Translations under genes and position numbers: made by a program | NCBI RefSeq assembly: GCF_018336915.1 | Contig: NZ_CP064923.1 | Location: 3,701,398 to 3,725,397, forward strand | DNA length: 24,000 bases | Direction: 5' to 3' | DNA from: Acaryochloris marina S15 | GTDB taxonomy: Bacteria > Cyanobacteriota > Cyanobacteriia > Thermosynechococcales > Thermosynechococcaceae | Notes under the pieces: generated by a model | What the model was told of the DNA's origin: nothing | Databases searched by the model: none | Seen by the model: only the letters and a program-made list of their open reading frames with translations | Part shown: in pieces, positions 16,740 to 24,000 of the stretch | How the letters are laid out: each line of letters starts with the position of its first letter | Position numbering within the stretch: position 1 is the first letter of the stretch

Positions 16740-16785
16740 TCAAATTATATTCTATTAACCTTCGCCAAAAAATAGACGCTGACTA

Positions 16786-17751
16786 GTGTTTACAACTGCC
16801 CTCCGCTCAAATGATGTTTTGTTGACGCCCCATGATTTAGTGGGTGCGATCAATGACCTGAAGAAAGACCTGAATGCCATTGTCTTGGCCCACTACTACC
16901 AGGAACCTGAGATCCAAGATGTCGCTGATTACCTCGGTGACTCTTTAGGACTCTCCCGCCAAGCTGCCGGAACCAATGCTGAAGTCATTGTGTTTGCTGG
17001 GGTCCACTTCATGGCAGAAACAGCCAAGATTCTCAATCCAGATAAATTGGTATTACTACCCGACTTGGATGCTGGATGCTCATTGGCAGATAGTTGTCCT
17101 CCGGACCAATTTGCAGCCTTCAAAGCTGCTCATCCCGATCATTTGGTGATTTCTTACATCAACTGTACGGCTGAAATCAAGGCCATGAGCGATATTATTT
17201 GTACTAGCTCCAACGCGGTCCACATCGTCAATCAAATTCCAGCCGATCAGCCGATTATTTTTGCCCCTGATCAAAATCTGGGTCGCTATGTAATGGCGGA
17301 AACAGGGCGGGATTTAGTGCTCTGGGAAGGCAGCTGTATCGTTCATGAAACCTTTTCTGAACGGCGGTTAATCGAACTCAAAACCAAGCATCCCCAGGCT
17401 GAGGTCATTGCTCACCCGGAGTGCGAAGCTACTATTTTGAGACATGCTAGCTTTATCGGCTCAACAACGGCACTCCTGAAATATACCCAGACTAGCCCTC
17501 TAGACACCTTTATTGTGGCGACTGAATCGGGCATCCTGCATCAGATGGAGAAGCAGGCCCCTGGCAAAAATTTTATTCCCGCGCCACCTACGGGGAATTG
17601 TGCCTGTAATGAATGTCCCTATATGCGGCTGAACACCTTGGAGAAGCTGTACGTATCCATGCGCGATCGCAAGCCGGAAATCACAATGCCGGAAGATATC
17701 CGCCAAGCGGCCCTCCATCCCATTCAGCGCATGCTAGACATGAGTGCCTGA
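16786..17751 (+). CDS. nadA: Quinolinate synthase
   Basis: The protein is colinear with NadA throughout: [54 protein letters not shown], the three Fe-S cluster Cys regions (DAGCSLA, YINCTA, EGSCIVH), and the C-terminal [12 protein letters not shown]. The GTG start gives MFTT, like other cyanobacterial NadA proteins. Confidence 0.95.
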   Translation: MFTTALRSNDVLLTPHDLVGAINDLKKDLNAIVLAHYYQEPEIQDVADYLGDSLGLSRQAAGTNAEVIVFAGVHFMAETAKILNPDKLVLLPDLDAGCSLADSCPPDQFAAFKAAHPDHLVISYINCTAEIKAMSDIICTSSNAVHIVNQIPADQPIIFAPDQNLGRYVMAETGRDLVLWEGSCIVHETFSERRLIELKTKHPQAEVIAHPECEATILRHASFIGSTTALLKYTQTSPLDTFIVATESGILHQMEKQAPGKNFIPAPPTGNCACNECPYMRLNTLEKLYVSMRDRKPEITMPEDIRQAALHPIQRMLDMSA

Positions 17752-17792
17752 TGGCTCGCCACGACAAATTAAGTGGAATCACGCTGTTTGGG

Positions 17793-17815
17793 GCAGAATA
17801 ACCACGGTATTCTGC
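17793..17815 (+). terminator. Hairpin downstream of nadA (weak terminator candidate)
   Basis: GCAGAATA and TATTCTGC form a perfect 8-bp stem with the 7-nt loop ACCACGG, starting 42 nt after the nadA stop. There is no clean U-run after it (TAGTACAGTTTGGG). Confidence 0.3.
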
Positions 17816-17840
17816 TAGTACAGTTTGGGAGAAAATCCTG

Positions 17841-18272
17841 ATGATTCCGGCAAATAACAGTAAGGAAGAGGAAGCCCTCGCTCGATTTCTCAACAAGTTC
17901 CCCTTTGAGGTAGCCGAATCCTTTGATGCCAAGCAGCGTCAGGCCATGATGACGGCTTTAACCAGTTCCTCTCCGCCTAGTAGAAAAGTCGATGTCCGTA
18001 AATCCTTCTCTCTGCTGGGAAGCAAATATTACTTTGTCGTATTGCTCGGGAAAGATCGGAGAACCCATAAGCGAGTTAGGATTGCCCAAATAGAAGCTCA
18101 CGATCAGGGGATTCGACGCTACCTTTCCATGGGCTTGGCAGGAAGTCTGCTGTCTGTTGTGGTACTGAGTACGGTTTATGTGGCGGCATCAGCCGTGGGT
18201 GTTAACTTTTTCCCACAGAGCCACGCTGACAATGTTCTGTTTGCCCCTAAAGCGGAAGCAACCGAACCGTAG
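17841..18272 (+). CDS. Hypothetical protein with C-terminal TM helix
   Basis: This is a 143-aa ORF with an ATG start. It has a basic central region (KYYFVVLLGKDRRTHKR) and one hydrophobic helix (LAGSLLSVVVLSTVYVAASAV). I do not recognise a family. Confidence 0.45.
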   Translation: MIPANNSKEEEALARFLNKFPFEVAESFDAKQRQAMMTALTSSSPPSRKVDVRKSFSLLGSKYYFVVLLGKDRRTHKRVRIAQIEAHDQGIRRYLSMGLAGSLLSVVVLSTVYVAASAVGVNFFPQSHADNVLFAPKAEATEP

Positions 18273-18301
18273 GTCAATTTTCTGTTTACAAGGAATAGCT
18301 A

Positions 18302-18383
18302 TGCGGATGGCGAGAATCGAACTCGCAAGGCATAAGCCACACGCCCCTCAAGCGTGCGTGTCTACCAATTCCACCACATCCGC
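18302..18383 (-). tRNA. tRNA-Leu (anticodon GAG), type II with long variable arm
   Basis: The minus strand folds by hand into a cloverleaf. The acceptor stem is GCGGATG/CATCCGC with discriminator A. The anticodon stem is CACGC/GCGTG with loop TTGAGGG, giving anticodon GAG. The variable arm is GGC-TTAT-GCC. The T arm is GCGAG-TTCGATT-CTCGC. CCA is not encoded (TAG follows). Confidence 0.95.
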
Positions 18384-18564
18384 AAACGGGAAGCGCTTCG
18401 ACACTAGTCAGGATGACTAATGCACAAAAGCTCATCTAGTATACCAACATATCCCTGGATGTCATCTGGGGACCGAAAATTTTTGCCTATCTGTTGACAG
18501 ACACTGGTTTGAGAGGTCTCTGCTGGAGACTGAACAGGGGCAATTCTAGAAGAGGTGCGTGAGA

Positions 18565-19749
18565 ATGTCTCAGTTTTCCCATCAGCACTATGAGGTTGGT
18601 GTACCCGCGACCTCACGCCAAGTTCAAGCCCTGGGCCAAGTTGTGACCCAATGCTTCAATGTGTCTCCTGAGCATTGGCAGACCTATGCGCGTCAGCTTG
18701 GGCAAGATAATTTAAGGGTGATTTGCCACGGCCCTAAGGTCTTGGGTGGCCTTGGTATTTATCCCATGGGGCAGTGGTTTGGGGGGCAGCGAATTCCCAT
18801 GCATGGCATTGCTGGGGTAGGAGTAGCTCCAGAATATCGAGGGGCAGGGGTAGCCCAGTTCCTTATGACAGAAACGGTGAAAACTTTGCATCAGCAGGGC
18901 GTTCCGTTAGCCACCCTGTATGCTTCCACTTCACAACTCTACCGAAGCGTGGGGTTTGAACAAGCGGGCACCTACTGTCGCTATCAGCTCCCCACTCAGT
19001 CCTTGACGATTAAAGATCGCAGTTTACCTATAACGGCGATTGACCTCAGCGATTTAGCTGTCCTAGCCGAGCTGTATCAGCAGCGGGCCCAACAAACCAA
19101 CGGCAACCTGGATCGACATCCAGCCATTTGGGAGCAGATGCTGGAGGATGATACCCCTATCTATGCCTACCTAATTGGGGAAGAGGCGCACCCGGAGGGA
19201 TATGTTATCTTTGCCCATCAGGTTGATTCTGGGTGTTACAACATCAATATTTACGACTGGGTGTGGTTAACCCCCGCCGCAGGGCAACGACTGTGGACCT
19301 TTTTCGCCGATCATCGATCCTTGGCCCAGGACATCTTCTGGTATGGGGCTCCAGTTGACCCATTTCAACTGATGCTGGCGGAACAAACCTATCAGGTGCA
19401 AAAAACGGAGCGCTGGTTGTTGCGGATTGTCGATTTACCGAAGGCGTTAACTTTGCGGGGCTACCCACCGGCCCTTGAAGCAGAGCTGCATTTACAGGTA
19501 GAAGATCCGCTCGTGCCTGCCAACTCGGGTCAGTTTGTATTGCAAGTGTCGCAAGGGCAGGGACAAGTGAGAACGGGGGGGCGGGGCGACTTGAAGTTGA
19601 ATATTCGAGGTCTTGCTCCTCTATATTCCAGCATGTTGACAGCGCAGGAGTTGAAACTGCTGGGAGCTGTAGATGGATCGAGGGAGGTCCTGGCTTTGGC
19701 GACTATGCTCTTTAGTGGTCCTCAACCTTGGCTGAGCGATCACTTTTAG
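18565..19749 (+). CDS. Eis-like GNAT N-acetyltransferase (GNAT domains plus C-terminal SCP2-like domain)
   Basis: At roughly 395 aa the length and layout are typical of the Eis family. The acetyl-CoA motif is IAGVGVAPEYRGAGVAQFLM. It is followed by LYASTSQLYRSVGFEQAG and a C-terminal beta-rich domain ending PWLSDHF. A GTG at 18559 is an alternative start 2 codons upstream. Confidence 0.8.
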   Translation: MSQFSHQHYEVGVPATSRQVQALGQVVTQCFNVSPEHWQTYARQLGQDNLRVICHGPKVLGGLGIYPMGQWFGGQRIPMHGIAGVGVAPEYRGAGVAQFLMTETVKTLHQQGVPLATLYASTSQLYRSVGFEQAGTYCRYQLPTQSLTIKDRSLPITAIDLSDLAVLAELYQQRAQQTNGNLDRHPAIWEQMLEDDTPIYAYLIGEEAHPEGYVIFAHQVDSGCYNINIYDWVWLTPAAGQRLWTFFADHRSLAQDIFWYGAPVDPFQLMLAEQTYQVQKTERWLLRIVDLPKALTLRGYPPALEAELHLQVEDPLVPANSGQFVLQVSQGQGQVRTGGRGDLKLNIRGLAPLYSSMLTAQELKLLGAVDGSREVLALATMLFSGPQPWLSDHF

Positions 19750-19765
19750 CTGAGGTGCTGCCAAA

Positions 19766-20566
19766 TTAGCTTATGGCAACTTTAATGAGCGTGATCGCCG
19801 CGACGACCCAAAGGTAAGGGGCAAACCATTTAAACTGTCCCTTTTTTAAGACAGAAAACAACCAAAGCAACGCAATGTAGCCCGTAATAAAAGAGGCAAT
19901 AATCATGCCAAGGAGGGGAGCGAGTTGCAGCCCTTCTTCTCGCACTTCATCGATACCCAAAATAGCGACACCGAAGGACACTACCAAATACATGAGAAAA
20001 GAGAATCGGGGTGCCAAATCGGATGTAGCACCTCGCCAGAGCATAGTGGAAATGGTACTACCCGACCGAGAAATTCCTGGAATGACGGCACAGCCTTGAG
20101 CAATGCCGCCAATGGTGGCATCTAGCCAACCTAGAGACATGGCATTCCCCTTGAGGCCAGACTTGGGGGTGAACCACAGCACGATTCCCGTGACAATAAG
20201 CGCAAAGGAAACATACAGCGGCTGATTGAGTTCTTCAAAAATCGGTTTCAATCCCAAACCAATCATGGCCGTGGGAATGGAGCCTAAAACAACGAGTAAC
20301 GCCATCCGCCACCCTTCTTGCTGGCGAGCTGCAGACGAAGTGAGGCCTGCAAAAAAGCCAGATAGAGCTTGCCAGACATCCTTACGAAGGACAACTAGAA
20401 CAGCAAAAAAGGTACCCGTGTTCGTGGCTATATCCACATAGAGCGGCAGCTTTTCCCACCAACCTAAGTAATAGCTGGCGAGCACTAAATGCCCAGAACT
20501 GGAGACGGGCAGAAACTCAGTGAGTCCTTGCACAATCCCCAAAATAATTGCTTGCAGTAAGGTCAT
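19766..20566 (-). CDS. uppP: Undecaprenyl-diphosphate phosphatase
   Basis: The BacA/UppP motifs are present: GIVQGLTEFLPVSSSGH near the N-terminus and PGISRSGSTI. The 266-aa polytopic membrane profile also fits. Confidence 0.93.
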   Translation of the reverse strand: MTLLQAIILGIVQGLTEFLPVSSSGHLVLASYYLGWWEKLPLYVDIATNTGTFFAVLVVLRKDVWQALSGFFAGLTSSAARQQEGWRMALLVVLGSIPTAMIGLGLKPIFEELNQPLYVSFALIVTGIVLWFTPKSGLKGNAMSLGWLDATIGGIAQGCAVIPGISRSGSTISTMLWRGATSDLAPRFSFLMYLVVSFGVAILGIDEVREEGLQLAPLLGMIIASFITGYIALLWLFSVLKKGQFKWFAPYLWVVAAITLIKVAIS

Positions 20567-20640
20567 AGCCGTTTAAAGGGAATGAAGAGAAATCGCGTTG
20601 TTTTAATATCCTTGGCGAATTTACCATTAATAACCTAGCT

Positions 20641-22200
20641 ATGGGGTACTTATGGATGGTGAATAACGACAATTTAGATGTAATCATCATCGGCAGTGGC
20701 ATTGGTGGATTAAGCTGTGGGGCACTGTTAGCCCAGTATGGCCTCAAGGTTTTGGTATGTGAAAGTCATACTTTGCCAGGGGGAGCGGCTCATGGATTCC
20801 AACGCCAGGGCTATACCTTTGACTCGGGGCCTTCTCTATTTTCGGGATTATCCTTTAGTCCATCTCCTAACCCCTTACGCCAGGTCTTGGATGCCATTGA
20901 TGAGGATCTGGAATGGGCCACCTACGATACTTGGGGATGTTGTTTACCGGAGGGGAATTTCTTTACCTCTGTCGGGGCCGATCAATTTTGTGATGTCGTG
21001 CAGGAGTTGAGAGGAGACTCAGCGGTTGCCGAATGGCGGACCTTGCAGCAACGAATGGAGCCATTGAAAGAGGCTGCGATCGCACTTCCTGCTGCAGCAA
21101 TACGGTTTGACTTAGGTGTATTACAAACCGTTGGTCGGTTTATCCCCAAGCTGCTCAAACAAATCCCCTACCTCAGCCAACTCACAGGTCCCTTTAGCCA
21201 GGTGATTGAGGGACAAGTCACGGACCCATTTCTGCTTAACTGGCTAGATTTAATGAGTTTTTTATTGGCAGGGTTACCCGCAGATGGGATTATTGCGGCG
21301 GAAATGGCTTTTATGTTTGGGGAATGGTATCGCCCGGATGTGGTGTTGGATTATCCCATCGGTGGCAGTGGTGCGATCGCAGATGCACTACTCCGAGGCT
21401 TGACAAAACAGGGCGGCCAAATTCGACTCGGTGCCCACGTTGAGGAGATTCTGATTGAGAACCAGCGAGCCGTTGGGGTGCGATTGCGGACAGGTGAGGA
21501 ATTGCGATGCCGTCAGGCGGTGATTTCTAATGCGTCTTTTTGGGATACAGCCTCTTTACTGCCCGCTTCCCATACTCGCTATCGCCAAAAACAAACCTTG
21601 CCAGACTGCCCCAGCTTTATGCACTTGCACTTGGGTATTGACGGGCTGGACCTTCCCTCAGATTTAGCGTGTCACTACATTGTGGTTAACGATTGGCAGC
21701 AAGGGGTGACTGCGCCCCAGAACGTGGTGTTGGTGTCTATCCCATCCCTTCTGGATCCCTCTCTGACCCCAGAAAACAAACAGGTGATTCATGTCTATAC
21801 CCCCGGTAATGAACCCTATGACCTCTGGCAAGGTTTGGACCATAATAGTGCTGCCTATGCCCAGCTTAAGCAGCAGCGAGCCGAGGTGATGTGGCAGGCT
21901 CTGGAGCGGATTATTCCCGATATTCGAGCCCGTTGCGAGGTGTCCTTAGTCGGTACGCCTTTAACCCATGAGCGCTTTTTACGCCGCCATCGGGGTACTT
22001 ATGGCCCAGGGATTCGGGCAGGTCAAGGCCTTTTCCCCGGCCCCAAAACAAAAATTCCGGGTCTGCTTTGCTGTGGTGACTCCACTTTTCCGGGTATTGG
22101 TATGCCTGCGGTTGCGGCCAGTGGATTCTTAGGGGCCCATGCGCTAGTCCCTGCCCAGCAACAGCTGGAAATGCTTCGACATATTGGCTGCATAAATTAA
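20641..22200 (+). CDS. Phytoene desaturase-family FAD-dependent oxidoreductase (carotenoid isomerase-like)
   Basis: The N-terminal Rossmann dinucleotide motif is DVIIIGSGIGGLSCGALLAQYGLKVLVCESHTLPGGAA. The C-terminal motif LLCCGDSTFPGIGMPAVAASG is typical of CrtI/CrtISO-type enzymes. The subfamily (CrtH versus the uncharacterised CrtISO-like clade) cannot be decided by eye. Confidence 0.78.
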   Translation: MGYLWMVNNDNLDVIIIGSGIGGLSCGALLAQYGLKVLVCESHTLPGGAAHGFQRQGYTFDSGPSLFSGLSFSPSPNPLRQVLDAIDEDLEWATYDTWGCCLPEGNFFTSVGADQFCDVVQELRGDSAVAEWRTLQQRMEPLKEAAIALPAAAIRFDLGVLQTVGRFIPKLLKQIPYLSQLTGPFSQVIEGQVTDPFLLNWLDLMSFLLAGLPADGIIAAEMAFMFGEWYRPDVVLDYPIGGSGAIADALLRGLTKQGGQIRLGAHVEEILIENQRAVGVRLRTGEELRCRQAVISNASFWDTASLLPASHTRYRQKQTLPDCPSFMHLHLGIDGLDLPSDLACHYIVVNDWQQGVTAPQNVVLVSIPSLLDPSLTPENKQVIHVYTPGNEPYDLWQGLDHNSAAYAQLKQQRAEVMWQALERIIPDIRARCEVSLVGTPLTHERFLRRHRGTYGPGIRAGQGLFPGPKTKIPGLLCCGDSTFPGIGMPAVAASGFLGAHALVPAQQQLEMLRHIGCIN

Positions 22201-22425
22201 AGGCTAGAGTTTCAGGGGGGACTGGAGAGGATTAACCACAATTCTCAACAAAGGGAAGAGGCGTTGGTCAGTATGGTAATGCCCTTTTAAGGCAGTGGCT
22301 ATGTGTCTATGAAAGAGAATTTGGCGTTATCCTTAGGGGTAGGGTAATCAATTCATGTAGTGGCTTGCTGCTACATTGTTCAGTCGATTGGTCTAAATCC
22401 TCAGCAAACCTGTCTTCAAAAACGC

Positions 22426-23253
22426 ATGAACATTCTCTCTAATCTATTGGCTCAGCCTGCCCAACCCTCTATATCGAAGCAACGTGGTCGAGGGATTGAA
22501 ATCAAGTCCAAGCGTGAGATTGAGATCATGCGACAGTCGTCTCGGATTGTAGCCACTGTCCTGAAAGAGATTTCTGAACTGGTCGAACCGGGCATGACCA
22601 CTGCCGATTTAGATGCCCATGCTGAAAAGCGAATTCGTGAGATGGGGGCTACCCCTAGTTTCAAGGGATATCACGGTTTTCCAGCCTCTATTTGTGCCAG
22701 CATTAATCACGAAGTGGTACATGGTATTCCCAACTCCAAAAAAGTCATTCAGTCGGGTGATGTTTTAAAAGTGGATACAGGCGCATTTTTTGAAGGCTTC
22801 CACGGTGATTCCTGCATTACGATTGCGGTGGAAGAAGTAACCGATGATGCCGCCAAGCTGATTCGAGTGGCTGAAGAATCTCTCTTCAAAGGGATTGAGC
22901 AGGTTAAAGAAGGTAATTATCTAATGGATATTGCCGGGGCTATTCAAGACCATGTGGAAGGAAATGGTTTTGTAGTCGTCGAAGATTTCACGGGACATGG
23001 GGTAGGTCGCAATCTCCATGAAGAACCCTCAGTGTTTAACTACCGCACTCCTCAGATGCGTAATGTCAAACTCCGTTCGGGAATGACATTAGCGATTGAA
23101 CCGATTCTCAATGCCGGAACTAAGGTGACCAAGATTCTTCGCGACCGCTGGACGGCGGTTACGGTTGATAACGCTCTGTCAGCCCAATTTGAGCACACAA
23201 TCCTGGTGACCAAGACAGGCTATGAGATTCTGACAGACCGTAATCTAGTATAG
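22426..23253 (+). CDS. map: Type I methionine aminopeptidase
   Basis: The MetAP-I motifs and metal ligands are present: [62 protein letters not shown] and QFEHTILVT. The ATG at 22426 gives a 275-aa protein. The GTG at 22360 in the ORF track adds 22 non-conserved residues. Confidence 0.94.
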   Translation: MNILSNLLAQPAQPSISKQRGRGIEIKSKREIEIMRQSSRIVATVLKEISELVEPGMTTADLDAHAEKRIREMGATPSFKGYHGFPASICASINHEVVHGIPNSKKVIQSGDVLKVDTGAFFEGFHGDSCITIAVEEVTDDAAKLIRVAEESLFKGIEQVKEGNYLMDIAGAIQDHVEGNGFVVVEDFTGHGVGRNLHEEPSVFNYRTPQMRNVKLRSGMTLAIEPILNAGTKVTKILRDRWTAVTVDNALSAQFEHTILVTKTGYEILTDRNLV

Positions 23254-23295
23254 GAATAACTGCCCCTAAACTTGCAGCAGATCATAGGCCTTTAT

Positions 23296-23318
23296 CTTCA
23301 CTGCTTGATGCAGTGAAG
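23296..23318 (+). terminator. Hairpin downstream of map (weak terminator candidate)
   Basis: CTTCACTGC and GCAGTGAAG form a perfect 9-bp stem with the 5-nt loop TTGAT, starting 43 nt after the map stop. No U-run follows. Confidence 0.3.
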
Positions 23319-23367
23319 TAATGTTCTCCTGATAAAAAAGTTGTTGTGCAGCTTTATTAAACGAGAA

Positions 23368-23604
23368 ATGCTTCAAGCATTAGCAGCGATAGGGATCTTA
23401 ATTCTGGCTTCTGGTTGTCAGTCAACAGACAGAATTGATAAAACAATCGATAGCTCAGTTTGCGAGTCAGGTAAGGACGGATGGGTTAATCCAACTGCAG
23501 TGACTCCTGATGCCGTGTCCCCGTGCAATAGAGGATCCACGGGGACATGTCCTAGTTCAGACTATCAGTACCTGAAAGGGACAGGATGGTGCGCCCCAAA
23601 GTAG
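23368..23604 (+). CDS. Small Cys-rich predicted lipoprotein
   Basis: From the ATG at 23368 the signal peptide is MLQALAAIGILILASGC, with a lipobox-like ASGC. The mature part of roughly 60 aa has four further Cys residues (CESG, SPCNRG, GTCPSS, GWCAPK). The ORF track offers a TTG start at 23341. I do not recognise a family. Confidence 0.45.
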   Translation: MLQALAAIGILILASGCQSTDRIDKTIDSSVCESGKDGWVNPTAVTPDAVSPCNRGSTGTCPSSDYQYLKGTGWCAPK

Positions 23605-23746
23605 TCGCACAGCGAATTGAGATAACGGATGGGCTTGAGATTCGAGTTTATTGCTTGAGAAGTCTGGTGTTAGTATCGTTCAGCCTCCCGCCAGCCGCAA
23701 ATGCCTAGCTCGGTAGCCTGTGGATTCCAATCGCTACAATCGCATC

Positions 23747-24000
23747 ATGATTAAGCGAAGAGAATTCTGTCGATATGCAATAGGCTCAGCCGGTTTAGCT
23801 GGAATTGCCGGCAGTCATCTAACCTTTGCCAAACCCTCCAAATGGGTTCCATCCAAATCACGCCATAAATGGGCTGTTTTGTACTGGATGCCCTACGATA
23901 ACGACCTTTCGCATTTTGGTGAACCTATCATTGAAATGCTGACTTGTGGCACTCAAAATTCTGAAGTAGCCGTAACGGTTCAATCTGACTATTGGGGAAA
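23747..24000 (+). CDS. Tat-signal clostripain-like (peptidase C11 family) protein, 3'-truncated by the window edge
   Basis: I translated this by hand from the ATG at 23747: MIKRREFCRYAIGSAGLAGIAGSHLTFAKPSKWVPSKSRHKWAVLYWMPYDNDLSHFGEPIIEMLTCGTQNSEVAVTVQSDYWG. It shows a twin-arginine motif (KRREF), a hydrophobic region and TFA-K. The block WAVLYWMPYDNDLS...I.EM...V.V resembles the N-terminal block of C11 peptidases. The frame stays open to the window end. Confidence 0.55.
   Translation, partial: MIKRREFCRYAIGSAGLAGIAGSHLTFAKPSKWVPSKSRHKWAVLYWMPYDNDLSHFGEPIIEMLTCGTQNSEVAVTVQSDYWG

Noticed and set aside
16647-16775. 42-codon ORF (MEYTPHQLQDWSLGQRVRTVELGIFGKINYNSNYILLTFAKK) ending 10 nt before nadA, a possible leader peptide
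   Set aside because: It has no Shine-Dalgarno-like sequence. Its 3' half is the AT-rich promoter-like region, including the TATAAT box. Nothing in it suggests NAD-related attenuation.
18302-18558. tRNA-Leu as the border of an integrated element
   Set aside because: The window has no integrase or recombinase and no repeat of the tRNA 3' segment. The neighbouring genes show no obvious compositional break.
1-24000. CRISPR arrays, IS elements, rRNA genes, and other tRNAs or known sRNA signatures
   Set aside because: I found no spaced direct-repeat array and no transposase-like ORF in the six-frame track. Apart from the tRNA-Leu, I found no T-loop consensus with a matching acceptor stem.

Overview
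This looks like an ordinary cyanobacterial chromosomal (core-genome) window. Supporting signs are the photosystem genes, 8 copies of the HIP1 octamer GCGATCGC, and several non-ATG start codons. I can support 23 protein-coding genes (one truncated at the right edge) and one tRNA. Left to right: a small PCP-reductase-domain protein (-); psbC and psbD (overlapping, -); a tight + strand cluster of ycf4, a lipoprotein cyclophilin, a small GNAT and a divergent beta-ketoacyl-ACP synthase; a hypothetical single-pass membrane protein; a trhO-GST pair; a DesD-type front-end (delta-6) desaturase; a secreted beta-propeller protein (-); a GYF_2/AIM24-family protein (-); glcD (-); a short SepF-domain protein (-); an 861-bp AT-rich spacer with no ORF of 60 codons or more; nadA; a hypothetical membrane protein; tRNA-Leu(GAG) (-); an Eis-like GNAT; uppP (-); a CrtISO-like FAD oxidoreductase; map; a small Cys-rich lipoprotein; and the 5' end of a Tat-signal clostripain-like (C11) peptidase. 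I see no transposase, integrase, CRISPR array, rRNA, toxin-antitoxin pair or recognisable defence gene, so I do not claim a new system here. Four things seem most worth a second look. (1) The PSII core pair is intact, but CP43 and D2 carry substitutions in otherwise near-invariant pigment-proximal motifs, which may reflect a red-shifted-chlorophyll lineage (inference only). (2) The spacer upstream of nadA contains a perfect 13-nt inverted repeat 192 nt apart plus reiterated ATTGTTCTT-like motifs. (3) An orphan GNAT plus KAS gene pair has no ACP gene nearby. (4) A small Cys-rich lipoprotein sits next to a Tat-exported C11 peptidase at the right edge. All functional calls rest on motif recognition in the supplied translations, and no database search was possible.
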